A stretch of DNA of 64,000 nucleotides from Acanthaster planci (Eukaryota), in contig NW_019091356.1 of NCBI RefSeq assembly GCF_001949145.1, forward strand, positions 2,736,932-2,800,931, written 5' to 3'. The notes under the pieces were generated by a model that worked only from the letters and a program-made list of their open reading frames with translations, did not search any database and had not been told where the DNA came from. The translations under genes were made by a program, and so were the position numbers. Below, piece by piece: positions 1-13,500 of this stretch (positions are counted from its first letter, which is position 1; each line of letters opens with the position of its first letter).

Positions 1-2365
1 TGGTAGCTGTGCTGTGGGGGGAGGGGAGGGTTGGGAGCATCCGAATAGTTCCGTGCCACTCAGGATTATGGGTAACCCGAGCTCACTTCTGCGTGTTTAG
101 TCGGTGGTCGGTTCTCCCCAGAGCAGAGTGTGCCGTCGCTCATAATTGGCCTGGTCATGGAGCAGCTGCGCCTAGCTGGTCCGAGGGGACGAAGCTTGCG
201 GAAGTGGCAAAAATTGTCCTTCTCTTGTGGTGTTGGAGATTTGTTGTTTTCTTTCCCTTCTTCCCCCCCCCCCCCGGAATACAATTCCTGATCTTTTTGA
301 TAAGTCCATGCGTGACTGGATAGGACAAAAGAACCATGCATTCCCAGTACATTTCTGTTTTTGGACCAGCTAAAATGTGGGAAACATTCATTTGATCTTT
401 GGCAGGCTGCCGTTTTGATTTTTTCTCCAGAGACAAAATCAGAGCCGAAGAAAAAATAAAATAAAAAGTGATCAAAGAAATTGTGAAAAGGCAAAGTCTG
501 TCAATATTTGTTACGCAAGGGAATTGTGGTTCAGACCTTGAAAGTGATGACAATAGTAGGTGAGTGTCTGTCAACCGTGAACCGTGATTGTACAATGGTC
601 TTGCGGTGGGCCGAAAAGAATTGTTTATTCTGTCTGATTGATGGGCACGCTGTTGGAGTACTGAGTGTAGGGGCGGAGCACAACCTCCCACTAAAATTTA
701 CAGTGTTTTATTTTCTTCTCTGGGAAAGAGTATTCAATTTCATTGTCAAGTTATGACAACACCATTTGCACCGTTTTGTGGAATAAGGTTGGGGTTGAAA
801 ATTTCGCAGAAAAGCTGTCAGAAAAAGTGTACTTAGAGGCTCTCTTAAAAGGGTAGTGCGAACATACATCTCGTATGAATTTACTACTGCTTGAAATTAC
901 CTGACGTGCTACTGGTATATCAGTGTGCCATCCCCATTTGCACAGCCTGAAACTTCCTGATAAACCATTGTGGATAGCAGAAGATGTCATACAGGAACTG
1001 TGAAATGAAATATACTCTTGACGCATTTCCAACAGAATGGGCACAAAAAAATTGTGACTGAAAATGCAAGGATCTGCAATCACTATTGCAGCTATGTGCT
1101 ATGCTTTTTTACCCCGTATCTACATGGCTATGTTCTAGTGAACTATCCAATTGGTTGGGTCATCGTCAAACATAATCATCGAGTAACAGTTACTGTAGGC
1201 TTTTTAAAACCTCTGAAATGATACAAAAAGTGGAATTGGACTGGCTGGAACTTATGATGAAAAATATGAGGAAAGATGACCATTACCTGGGAGTTCTTGT
1301 TCTTTGTAGTTATATGGTACCAAAAATATTCTGTTATTTTAATCAGAAGAATTTGGAGGACATCATTTTTATAATTTGACGGTCAAAAGTTCATCTTATG
1401 ACTTTTGATTAAAGTATGCTTTGTTCTGCAATGTGTCAAAACTATTTCTTCTTCCGTTGGAATAAAAACAGATACTTCACTACTTCAGTATAAGTTATTT
1501 TTGAAACAACATAATGCTTTGATTGTGTATTGATAAATGACTGTGCTGTTTTTAACCTAATGTAAAGTTTAATTTTGCATCAAACTTTATGACATTTCAT
1601 GAATGTGTGCCTAAAATTTATTGTGGTATTGTTATAAAAGACAAAGTGAAATATTTCAAAGTATTCAAGATGACATTTGTATTGTGTGTTTACATTCTAT
1701 TCTGTTTTTCTCTAAAGAACTGATTGCTTTTAGTGTTAAACTTTGACAAGCAGGTCTTCAAGAGTCCAAGTGTACTTTCTCTTCTCACATCACCAAGAAA
1801 ATTGCCAATGCATTGTTCAGCTTTTCCACTCCTTATAGAGCAATTGAATATCGTGAAGTAAAAACCTTTGTATCAAACGTTTCTTGTTTTTGAAACTACT
1901 TGCTGCAGACAATTTGATAAAGGCACCAATAAACCTTTGGGAAATAGTTTTGTGTCCGGTCGGAACACATCTACAGACAGAATTTACTTTTCCAACTACA
2001 GTTATGCAAGAAAAGTCAAGAGGGCGCTGTAGAAAAAAAAAAAAAAGGAAGGGTGATTGACACTGAATTTTTGTGCAAGTTTTGTAGATCAACAGAGGGG
2101 GTGCTTCATGTTTGTCAATCTGACTGTAGTTGTAGGGAATGAGCTGGATGAGATTGGATAACAAGGGGCCAACACATTGTGCATATTTTTGTGTGTGTGA
2201 ATATCCCCGATCTTCAGTACTGAGTGATACGCAACAAAGTTCTGACTTCTTGAATTTTTTAGTAAAGGGAATTGAAAATACTATTGACATTCCCAGAACA
2301 ACTGTATTATGACAAGATAGGAGTAACTGCTGGGAACAAGTCTATTTTGTTAATTGATCAGGAGA

Positions 2366-2513
2366 CAGTGTTGTTGAGACCACCACAAGACCGTGCACAA
2401 GACCAGTCACAAGCTACTGGGTGAACAATGACGAAGGAGTGCTTTTGTTGCAGTTCAAGTCATTCGAATATCTTGTGATTTGAATTCAGACTGAGGTCTC
2501 GACAACAACACTG
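2366..2513. mobile_element. MITE family 1 copy
   Basis: CAGTGTTGTTGAGACC...GGTCTCGACAACAACACTG; core GCTTTTGTTGCAGTTCA shared with the 21191 copy. Confidence 0.75.
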
Positions 2514-4503
2514 TCAAGAGCAGTAATTCCATGCAGGAATGAGATTGGACGGTTTACACTGGTTTCAAAGCCAGGCTTTGGCCACATCGGGGGAGGGGAC
2601 TTCGCTGTCACATGCTCGATAATTTTGAACCATGCTTGTAAAGATGCTCATCAGTACAATTGTAGGGTACAGACTACTGCTCAACAAGACTGTTTCCTTC
2701 AACCCGAGACACCATTGGTTCCGAAAATACTGGCCTCTGCCACAGACGGTATTTCCCTGACCTCAAACTTGAATGTAACTCATTGGAATTGTCCCCACAC
2801 TGTGACCAGCACTCGCTCCACACTTCTCAACATATTTTCACTTGATGGAATATTGAGACAAATGATCCTTAGGGTCTTAACCCTCATTTAGCAGTGGCAG
2901 TTCATGAAGTCTGTGTGGATTCTGACAGATTTATCGATGGAATTAACTGTCTTTCTCAGCTGAAAAAAAAAGAGGTAACAGTGTTTTAACTAGCTCATCC
3001 TTAACTTGGCGAACTTTCAATGAGGATTCGTGTTGCAAACTTTTAATTTGTTTAAACTTTCCAAACTAAAACCCACACCCCTGCTCCACCATCCCCTGGT
3101 GGTACCAGTACCTCTTGTAAGTGCTGATGCCGTTATCATCGTTCATACAAACTGTACAATCTTGTGCATACCACGGACATTGCATAAAGGTTAATCCTGC
3201 GGACCTCTGAGCAGGCACCGACCATAGATAATTTTGTAAACCCCCAAAGTAGTTCGGCCTTAGTTAGGAATGACATTTTAAAGAAGGGTTTTACATGTAG
3301 AACGAGTTTCCTCTCTGTAAATTCATGTCCTACAAAGATTCAGACTTGCTTGGAACTTTTCCTCAGCTTAGTTGATTTCCCTCTGTTTTGCTTCATTGTA
3401 TGCCATTGTCCGAATTGAAAGTCTTGTGTGGCTTGAACTCTCTTGAAGTTTTAAATGAACCTACCATCTACGTGCCAGCAAGATAGTTATTTTCCTTATT
3501 TACAGCTTTGATCCAGAGAAGGTTTTGAATATTGACTCATTGATGACTTTGAAGATCCCCCTGCACCACTTGCATCTTGCTTCCCAAGTGTTGCAGCATT
3601 GTCAATGTCATAAATGTGTATGTACTTTTCCCTTTACAAGTAGCATTACTACCATTGGCACCGGCGTCATCGCCGCCAAAGAGCACCTTGCCAGGATCTG
3701 ATCATCTGAGTCAACCAGATCCAGATCCAGATCGGAGTCACCTTGTCATCACCATTGCAACCACCCCACGTTCACCACAGCAGTTAACACTTTATCGTTG
3801 AAAGCCTGCCCCGCACTCAGATCCCATTGCCTGCTTGCAGTGTAACAGTTTGATCACAATGTGAAATAGAAGTGCCTTGGCCAAAAATAGCCCCTAGCAA
3901 GTTCTTTGCCTTCTGCCAATACGGACGACATTTTGACCATCCATAAGCAGACATCATTGCACGAGGCCCCGTAATTCTCACAAGAGCACGTGCCTTTGCA
4001 CGAGATTCTTAACACTCTTATGAAACTTAACTGCCTGTCCAAACATTCAAACAACCCCCAAACTTCACTTACATCAGTTCTCCCTTAATTCCCCCCCACC
4101 CCATTATACCTGCTCCACTCTGTGATCTAACAATTCTGTTATCACTGTTCATACATTTATCCCCACTCAGCAAGAGCTCACTAATCATCACCAAGCAGAT
4201 AGAGTCTTCCAGATCCTGTGACCACAAGGATTCCAACACTCTAACAGCCAGAGAGCTGTTATCATACAGTATTTACATCCCCAATCGTTCTTGTCGTACC
4301 ACTGACAACCATCATAAGTGATTAACCGGTGTCCGCCCCCTTCAGTTTTGTAACTCTGTCTATATTTTGGGGGTAACGTGGTGTCCCCTGCAGTTTTAGG
4401 TCTGGGGTCACTTCTTCTTCTCCTGTGCATCGAGTAAGGTTCCTCTGGGAACTGGAAAACTTTTTTTTTCCTGTTTGGGAGAGGTTACCATTTTCTTGAC
4501 ACT

Positions 4504-4549
4504 ATGAAGTGGTTCCTTCTCAGTGGGTTGTTCTTTTTCTTGCCAACTG
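4504..4549 (+). CDS. Gene A exon 1: signal peptide [15 protein letters not shown](V), continuing into FSQRCP
   Basis: ATG at 4504, hydrophobic run, phase-1 donor G|GTAAGT; mirrors the gene B signal exon. Confidence 0.85.
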
Positions 4550-7500
4550 GTAAGTTTTTACTCCTTTTTCTACATTTCGTTTTGAGTTGAATATTTTCTG
4601 GTCAAACTTTGAAAGCAACTTTGAGGATGTATTCGTCAGAATTTCAGTAATAGCTATTTCTCAGTTTTTACTGCACCCACCCCCCCTCATTTACAGGCTA
4701 AAACAGATCACAGATGGTTGTGAGATTTGTTCGGTTTTAAAATTTCCCCCTTGAAAAGAATTTCAAGGTTGTGTGTCCTGCTTTTAAAAGCAATAACTAT
4801 GGGCAACCTGTAAGATGTGCTTAAAATATTCCTTTTCTTGTTATATGTTCAACGAGGCAAATCTTTCAGCAGAGAATATCTGTTTGGGTCTGTGAGATTC
4901 CTGAGGATCAAATATTTTGCGAAAATGTTGAAAAATCACAACTGCCTTTTCCTTATCTGTAGGTCAGTGATTCTCCCCTGAAGGGAGTTATTCTAACACT
5001 TGATAATAGGATATGTTCTTTTAAATCTGTAATATTGTTTGGGCAAAAGAATGGTTTACTGTAATGGAGTGTCATGATAATTAGAAAGTATTTCTTGATC
5101 AGCTGGAGAACTTTGTTTTCTGTCTTCATTTGTTACTTCCCATCACAAGCATTAAAATGTGACAACTGTATTTTCAGTGGAAAGAAAGTCCGCTTCCATT
5201 TGTTAATATACTTTTTTAATCTGTTGTCTGACTCAAGAGTTCACTTCCGTCTTTCTGGAAGTTTTTGTGACTCACAAATGTGATTGCAAATTCTTCATAA
5301 ATACAATTTTTCAAACATCTTTGCAAAGGTAACAGTTGAAAGCATCACTTACATAATAACCAGAAGCTTGTACTTATTTATGAGGCCAGGTTTTGCTTGT
5401 TTAAGTAACTCAATTATTATCCATTTAATTAACAATTGACCTGTCTACAAGCTTAATTTTCATCACTTTGCTTTACAAAAATTAAGTAAAATGTAAAATA
5501 CTGAGATGCTGTTGTGGAGGTCTTGTTCCCAACCTTCTCCACTTTTTGCAGACAATTGTAGGAATTACTAACCTGAAGAATTATCAAGTAATGTCGGTTA
5601 GAATACTCTAGGCATCTTGATGCCTGACTGGTGGGTTATATCCTCATAAGTTCTTGGACAAGGATTGCTTGCGAATGCAGAGGGATCAGATCCTGCATTT
5701 TGTCTAGGCCCGGCCACATTTACCAGCAATACAAGTTGCGTAAGTCGTTCACTGCAGAAGGTGGATTTCACAAACCCAAATCGCATTGGATAACCAAACT
5801 CACCAGAAAAACTGCAGACAAGGACAGATTTATTATTATCTTGTGTAAATTCTGTTGTGTTGGATGAAAGAATTAATTCCTTTAATTTGCTGATAAGAGC
5901 AAGGATCATTCAAACTAAAGTTTGCAGTTATCATGACAGAATTTGGCGATATACTTTGATAAAAAGCTGCTCTGTTGGATTTGATTATCAAAAAAACCTG
6001 ATGTGGAATGTTACTTATATTAGTACTGGATTTGGAAACCAAAATGTTTAGAAAAGATTTGCAAAAACAGAACATGCTGTTAGGACAGTGAATTCGTTAC
6101 AAGATTCCCCCCACAAACAAACAGCTCTAATGATCAGTGCACCTTCTTGAACTTTTTTGTCGGATATTGGAAGGAATATGCTTGTAAATTATAAGAACAG
6201 CTTGAAGTTCAAGGTTGTCCCTCCTTACAAATGAAGACAAATTCATTAGAAGTTGCTTACTGTTTGTACAGTTTGGTTTCTCCTCTGATTTGACTACCCT
6301 GTTTGTTGGCCCTCTTTAACTTCTCGTCTTTTTGTCAAAGAAATATCCCATAATAGTCTTTCCCATTTACCAGGATTAATGCTATCACCAAGCACCTGTC
6401 AGCAACATTTGTATTTCATCCACTCTATAAGAAAAATGAAGTGCTTTATCCAAACTTGTATATTAGTTTGATAAGTTACAGCATTTCGAAAGTGTTGAAT
6501 CCAGCATTTTGATATTAAATCCAGCATCGTAAATATCAGATCCAATGTTCAAAAAGTTAATTCATCAGTTTAAGTGATGATTCATCATTAAAATAACTTT
6601 TCCTTGAAATAATTTCAGCATTTTAAAAGTTTTCAATTTTGAATGCCAGATGTACAGTTTAAATATGCCGAATTTAACATTGAAAATGATGGATTCAACA
6701 CTTACAAAGTGCTGTCTGTGATTGAACTAGTTGCTGGATTCAACATTTGGTTTTTAGATGGTTATTTCTAATTTCTGCGTCATCTGACACTCAAACATCT
6801 CTCCTTTTCCCTGGCAGTTTTCAGCCAGAGATGTCCCACGGGCTGGTCCCTGTACCAGGACAACTGCTACAGGTTGTTCACTGACGGGAAAACCCAGAAC
6901 GATGCCCGTATTGCTTGTCAGCAAGACCAGGGTGACCTGGCCATCATCACAAGTGTGGAGATGAATGTGAGAAATAACCTTCCCAACAAAGTCAAGCAAA
7001 TACACACATCTGTAGGAACAGTCACAAGCCTTTGGGATGTGTAAATGATCCGCTCAGAGCAGGAACAAAAGAGGGCATGTTTTGACAAAAATTGACAGTC
7101 CTTTGGTACTCACACACCGCATAGGTGCGCAAGTGTATGAGCGTCTGACGCTGAACACACTGAGTACGCACAATGATTTTAGTCTAGAATGTGTGGTCTT
7201 TGCGTGCACGCCTAACGCGTGCTAGAACCCAGTTGGAAAACTTGGTACCATCTGTCTTTCTTTCGCTGGTGAGGGTGCACGTCAGCTCGGGATGGATTTT
7301 GATTTAGAGAGTGAAGATTTTCTATACAGTATCATGTGAAATGGTCAGAAACTAATGAAACTTGTTACATACTTTTGATGCTTTGATTCTTATTCCTATT
7401 ACATACTAAAGGAAATGCAAAAGCAAACAGTTTTGAAAGAGCCCCCATTTCAATATTACTAGCAGTTTTTGAATATTCATTCCAAGAACCATTATGGTGT

Positions 7501-10500
7501 GGAACAATTGTCTTTAAACAGTTGTAGATTTAACCACTCCTGCCATTGTAGTGATAACTGCAGCCAACTCCAACATAACAGTTCAAAATAAAATGCACCG
7601 ATTCTGCTCCCCTGAAGGCTCCCCTTGTTAATCTTGCCAGTGGAGAAGTTAGTCTGTTTGGTCAAATATAAAGTACCAAGGTCCTCATGCAGTTGTTTAT
7701 CCATTTACTGATAAGTGTTAAAGATTGTAAAACATCATTTAATTTCAACCTCATTAGGAGCTTTGATTTGCTATAAAAATCAAGCTCTTATTACAGTTCA
7801 AACAACATTTGCCCTTGAGTCAATTTTATTGCAAGCATTTACATGTAACTGTCAGTGTGTATTCAAGTCCATCACAAGTCCCTGCAAGTCCCTGTAAGTC
7901 CATCACAATTAAGTCCATCAGAAGTCATTCAGTCTTAAGCCAATTCACAAGCTATTCAAATGAGCTGTGAGGAAAGCATTCTTTTGTCATCGTTCATCCT
8001 GTTACTGATGACTGGCTTTGTGAAAGGACTTGTGATGGGCTCCAATACAACACCGTCAACTATTCCTCCTGTCATTATGTAACGCTTTGAAAATGTTGTA
8101 ATTAAGTTTGCATTCACCATTTGTGTAACAGGAAGAAAAGTCTGTCATTTCAAAGAGCTATTAAAGGCACAGTCCATCATTCACAGTTATTAAAAAAGGA
8201 ACTGATGAAATTATTGTTGAATAGTATATTTGGATTAAAGATGGACTGTAGATTGAAGATTAAACTCCCTGTAAAACTATTCTTTTGGCAAGCTGTCACT
8301 TTCGAAAGAAATTTTTGAAGGAAAGAAGGCTGTTTCCCACAGTGCATCTAAAGATGCATTTTTGCAAAATTGCCTTTAAAAGTATACACAAGCGTAGACG
8401 CACAGACACTGAATTTGGGCACAATTCAAAACATGAGTCGGTAACTTTTGATCTGAAATCAAAATTGTAGAGTACTGTTTCTCTCGGAATATGTCGTATT
8501 CTCTGAGCTGAAACCTCATCGGGTTTGTTCTTTAGATTTTGAGTAAGTTTATTGCTTCAAAGGAATATAAAGAACAAATGACGGACTGTATCTTTAAGTA
8601 CAGAAACATGCTGAACACCATTTTCTGTAATGCAAAGCTGTTTTTTTGGCAATCTCGTCTTTATTCAGTCATTTCTGGCCGATTTCACTGAAGCCGCTGG
8701 GGCATATGCCTGGATTGGCTTGACTGACACCCAGACAGAGGGTACCTTTGAGTGGATAGATGGCACCCCACTGGATCCTGCCCTTAAGTGAGTCTGCGGC
8801 CACATCTTTTTTGTTTTAACAGCTCCCTGCCATTTTGTTAGATTTTGAAAGCTTTTGACTTGACTGATGTAAGATGTGTCATTTTGGCTTGCTAAGTGCT
8901 CATATTTTGCCCTTTTTCCTTTCTGCTATCACCAGGTCCCTTCAAATGACACTGGTGGTCTACATGGGCAGAAAACTCTCCTCCATCGTAGGGGGACATC
9001 AGTTTGCACTTTTTTGTGCACATCGTGTTTATTATCTTATTCCACTCATAAAAACTCAAAAGGGAAAATCCTAGATCCATCAATTCCTTTAGTATTTTGC
9101 TTAAACATGGAGGGGACATGTGACATTGTGTTCCCCCATACCAAGTTCATGGGGGGGATGTCCCCCTGCCCCCTGGGGATTTCTGCCCATGGTGGTCTAG
9201 GTTTATTTGAGAGCATATAGAACATTTCATTTCCTTCCAATGCTGTCTTAAAATTGTAATTGTTATTCCTCTTTTTGATATAACAGGGTTGCTTTTGTTT
9301 ATTGCTGTTTTTATTTTCACAGTGTTCTTTGGGGCAGCAGTGCACCCAATAATGACAACAATGAGGATTGTGTTGTCCTGAGAGCAAACAGAGTCTGGAA
9401 TGATGTCTCCTGCTTTACTACTAAGAAGCGCATCTGTCAAAGACCGAACGGTATATGGCCATTGCATGAATGTGCTCAGCCACAAATAGAGGGTTTGCAT
9501 GGCTGCCATCTTGCGGGCCAGTGCTTTTGTTCTGCGGGGTACGCCCAAGGGAGGTTTCTCTGTGGAACAAAAGAACTGCCCTGCAACATGGCTACCATAC
9601 AAAGCCTCTGTCGGAAGAGGGAGGCACCACTTGTGAAATAGAGGTCCAAATCTTTCCTGTTAGACAAAGGGAGCGTCTGTCCCTTTTGCCTTATTTTAGA
9701 AATTTTGGTAAATGTTACCATGCCAAAATCGTTGTTCACTTCCTGCCATCTGTACATCTTTTGGGACAAACACCAGTTGTTTCTGGTATGTTTTAGTGAA
9801 TTGAATGGCAAGCTAGGCCATGTGAATTTCATTTCCTTTTAATCAATCTTGGATGTAATTTTTTTCCCAATTTCATCTTTGTTGAGGTGTAGATAAAGTA
9901 TTTGCAACTTATGGCACCATAAGTTTGGCACCGTACATTTTCCTGCACACTCAAATAGACATTTTTGGTATTACCCTTTAACTCCTAAAGAGAAGGATTA
10001 GAAAGACAATGATAAAATTTGCAGGGGACTCACACACAGCTCGTCAAACATGTTACAAGAAGACACAGGAAGACCTTTCAATCTCAAATGTTGGCAGATG
10101 CTCCACTGAGGTGTGACGAGGCCAACGGCTGGGTGTCGGCCGGTGGCAAGTGCCACAAGTTCCAGGACCTGGCCAACGCCTGGGACGACGCCCGGCGATA
10201 CTGCCAGGAGAGAGACGGGGACCTGATCAGCATTCAGAGCTCCGAGGAGCAGAATCTGGCCTTTGTACTGGCTCAGGTCAACCAGGAATCCATCTGGATT
10301 GGAGCAACAGACAAGGTAATAGGCATATGTGGCTTTGGCACGGCAGCAAGCCACTGGTGATTTTTGTTTCATCCGGGGTGGGGTGGGGGAGTTAGGGTAA
10401 GGAGGCTCTAATTTTTCATGACTCTTCTGAAACCTGGAATTCATGCTGAGATGGGTGTACATGTATGCTCAAGCCCAAATGTCCTTGCTTGGTGCTTGGT

Positions 10501-13500
10501 AGAGCCTAGAAGTTGGGGCCCAGCATCCACTGGGGACCTATTCTTCATTCAGTTGCCGACCACATGTATTTCCTTGTCTAGTTCAGTGTTCTCGTTACAA
10601 GTTCAGTGTACTCATCTCGGGAATCTTTCAACATAAGCATGCACATCTTTCGTATTTGCATTCGCCTCTCATGTGACCATCTACATACTCGGGGTCATCT
10701 ATATTGACTAGTCTAGTCATGCTTCTCACAACAATTAACTACAAGCCTAATTTATCATTCAAAGCATTTGTTCAGCTTTTAAAAAGTGTAAAAGCATGAA
10801 GTAAATGTAAACTAAAAAAGAGAAACAAATACAGAATATTTTATGTGCTCGCTTTTTTTCACAGATAAGCAACTCAGCTGGTCTGTACACTTGGCCAGAT
10901 GGCTCTTCATTAAGCATGACAAATTGGGCCCCAGGACAGCCAGACAACCAGTATGCTAATCACTAACTTTTTATTTTAAAACTCCCCCTTGCTTCTCAAG
11001 AAATAGACCAATCTATCTGATTCTACCTAGTATGTCTGTAGACAGGTGGCAGTACCGTGTTCTCTGATGTTACATTTTATTTTTGTGCTTAATCTTATAT
11101 CCTGCGTGACACTTTTAGTTTCTACTGATGTCTTGTACAGTGAAATTGTTTCATGGGGTGTAGGGTCGTTCTGTGGCTCAGCCTTTGAATTCTTTCCTCC
11201 CAATCTCTTTGGATAGGTTTTTCAGCCTGGGAGGGAACTGTGTCGGAATCCTAGACACATCAAACAATGGCGAGTGGAGTACGGCACCGTGCACATCACA
11301 GAGGAAATTCATCTGTGAGAAAGACGAAGGTACAACATTTCAGGTTCATAAAAAAGCAAAGCCAACCTCTCCAATTTCACCAAGTTGCCAAGCAGTAAAT
11401 ATTCATTCTGAAGTTACTATGCTGAGTAAAAACTGAGCTTCAAATTTAGAAAGCAGGTCATCTGCTCAACAGGGCTTTCCCACTGATCATTGGGGATCAG
11501 CCATGGTGGGTGGCAGATCACTGGCAAGAGAATCTTCACCACTCTGACATTCGGCTCCCTCTTTTTTTTCCTGCTGATCTTCAGGTGTCTGTCCCAGCGG
11601 ATGGCGCATTCACGGCGGTCAGTGCTACCAGTTCAACACTTACTCCGCGATGAGTTGGACCGACGCCAAGCACACCTGTGAAGTGCAAGGGGCCTTCTTG
11701 GCTTCCATCTTCAGGTTTGTTTGTTAGTCCTATCATCTCTGTCTCATGTGCTGTTCCGGTTGAGACGTGTAGTCAAGATGGACACCACCAAGCCAGTTGA
11801 GCAGTTTCTAACATTGAAGTTTCTCTCCACTTCTCCATGCAGCGAGGATGAGAACATGTTTATTGTCCATCAATTTGATGATCTGACAAGCATTGGAATC
11901 ACCGATGTCTGGATTGGGATATCAGGTATTTCTTATTTGATTCTCTGATGTTTTCGGATTGTGCTTTTCTAATGTTTTAAAGTTTTACAACAAAGATTGT
12001 GTATGAAAATTTCGTAGTCAAGAATCTTATTAGGGAGCTTGGCTTTAAAACATATGCTGCCAATTAATCTGCCAAAAATGCTGCCAAAAATCTGTTCTGT
12101 GTGGCTAGACTGTAGCTGGGAGATTTTGATAGTTGATTGGAAATGGCAGTACAGGTTGATTCAAGCAATGGTAACCAACCGCTTCCTTCAAAGTCTCACA
12201 CTTATATGCATGCATTCCTATACTTCAAAGATCTTTCAAGATTTACCTGGAGGTTAGGAAAGACTTTGCAGGATTGAGGATGGTAGAGCCTAGCCACTGT
12301 TTACATGGGGCTTGATGCCTTAGAAAGTTATAGCACAGAGAGGATATCATTGGTTTCCTGCATGCTGCAAATTTCGGAGAATTCAGGAAGAATCCGAAGG
12401 AAAAGGTTCAGAAGGTTAATGTAGAAATCCCTAAAAATTATTTGTTCCTGTCATGTACATGTAGATTACACCACTGATGGCCAGTTTGCTTGGGCGGAGG
12501 GAGCCTCTGCGTCATACACCAAGTGGAATGCTGGTATGCCGGTCAACACACCCAACCAGCCAGACTGCGGCACCATCTACGTGGGTGAGTCAAGTGCAGT
12601 AAAAGTCACCCAAATGAAAATCGTCACTCTTAGTGCCCTTCAACAAAATCTCAGTCCAAGCTTTACTACATGTATTTGAGTCCCATGCCTTCACAAGTCA
12701 CATGTGACACCCCCGAAGCCTTAGGCTTTCTTGAGTCTATGAAATGCACACCTAAAAATGCCATCCCCTCTCTATGCAGCAAACATTACGGACTGCATTA
12801 TTGTTCCTTTTACAAGCAATTTTTAGCAGCTGGAAGTTCCAAAGATATTTCATTGTCCATGACTGTGTATTTTCTTTTTGTTATTCAAAGAGAAAGGTAA
12901 ATTAAATTATCACTTTAGCTTCCTTATCCTGTTTTGATTAGTTTTGTCTTTCTCCCTATTACCCTCAAATTCACCAACAAACTCACAAGAATGTGTTTGC
13001 CCTGTGAGCATCACATCCAGACATTGTTTATCCATTGTATATTATGTGTTGAACCTTCCATTAAATAATCCCATCTCTTCTTTGATTTCTTTCACTGAAC
13101 TATTAATCGAAGGTGACAGTACAGGTTCCTGGAGCAGTGCAAATTGTTTCCGTCCACAGTCGTTTGTCTGCAAAATCCCTGTTGGTACGTAAACCGACTT
13201 TCCCCGGTATATGTCAGTCAATGGTGCGAGGAGCATCCAGCTATCAATACTTAATACCCGGCTAAAAATTGCAGATACTAGGTTCTTTTCCCTCTTTCAC
13301 TGCCCTGGACTTTCTTTCTGTAAACCAAGCACAACGTCTTTTTAGTCAATCACTGGTAACAAGTGACATAAGAGTGTCACTTTTGAATCTAAAGAATGCC
13401 TCTGAAATAACTTCTGGTTTAGACGCAGATTCCAATAACAGGGCATCTTACTCTTCTAATATGTTTCAATTTGTGCCACAATTAAATTCATTGAACTTCC

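Noticed and set aside
1..4400. Short ORFs and a possible upstream gene or 3'UTR
   Set aside because: No recognisable domain or consistent exon chain; cannot be supported.
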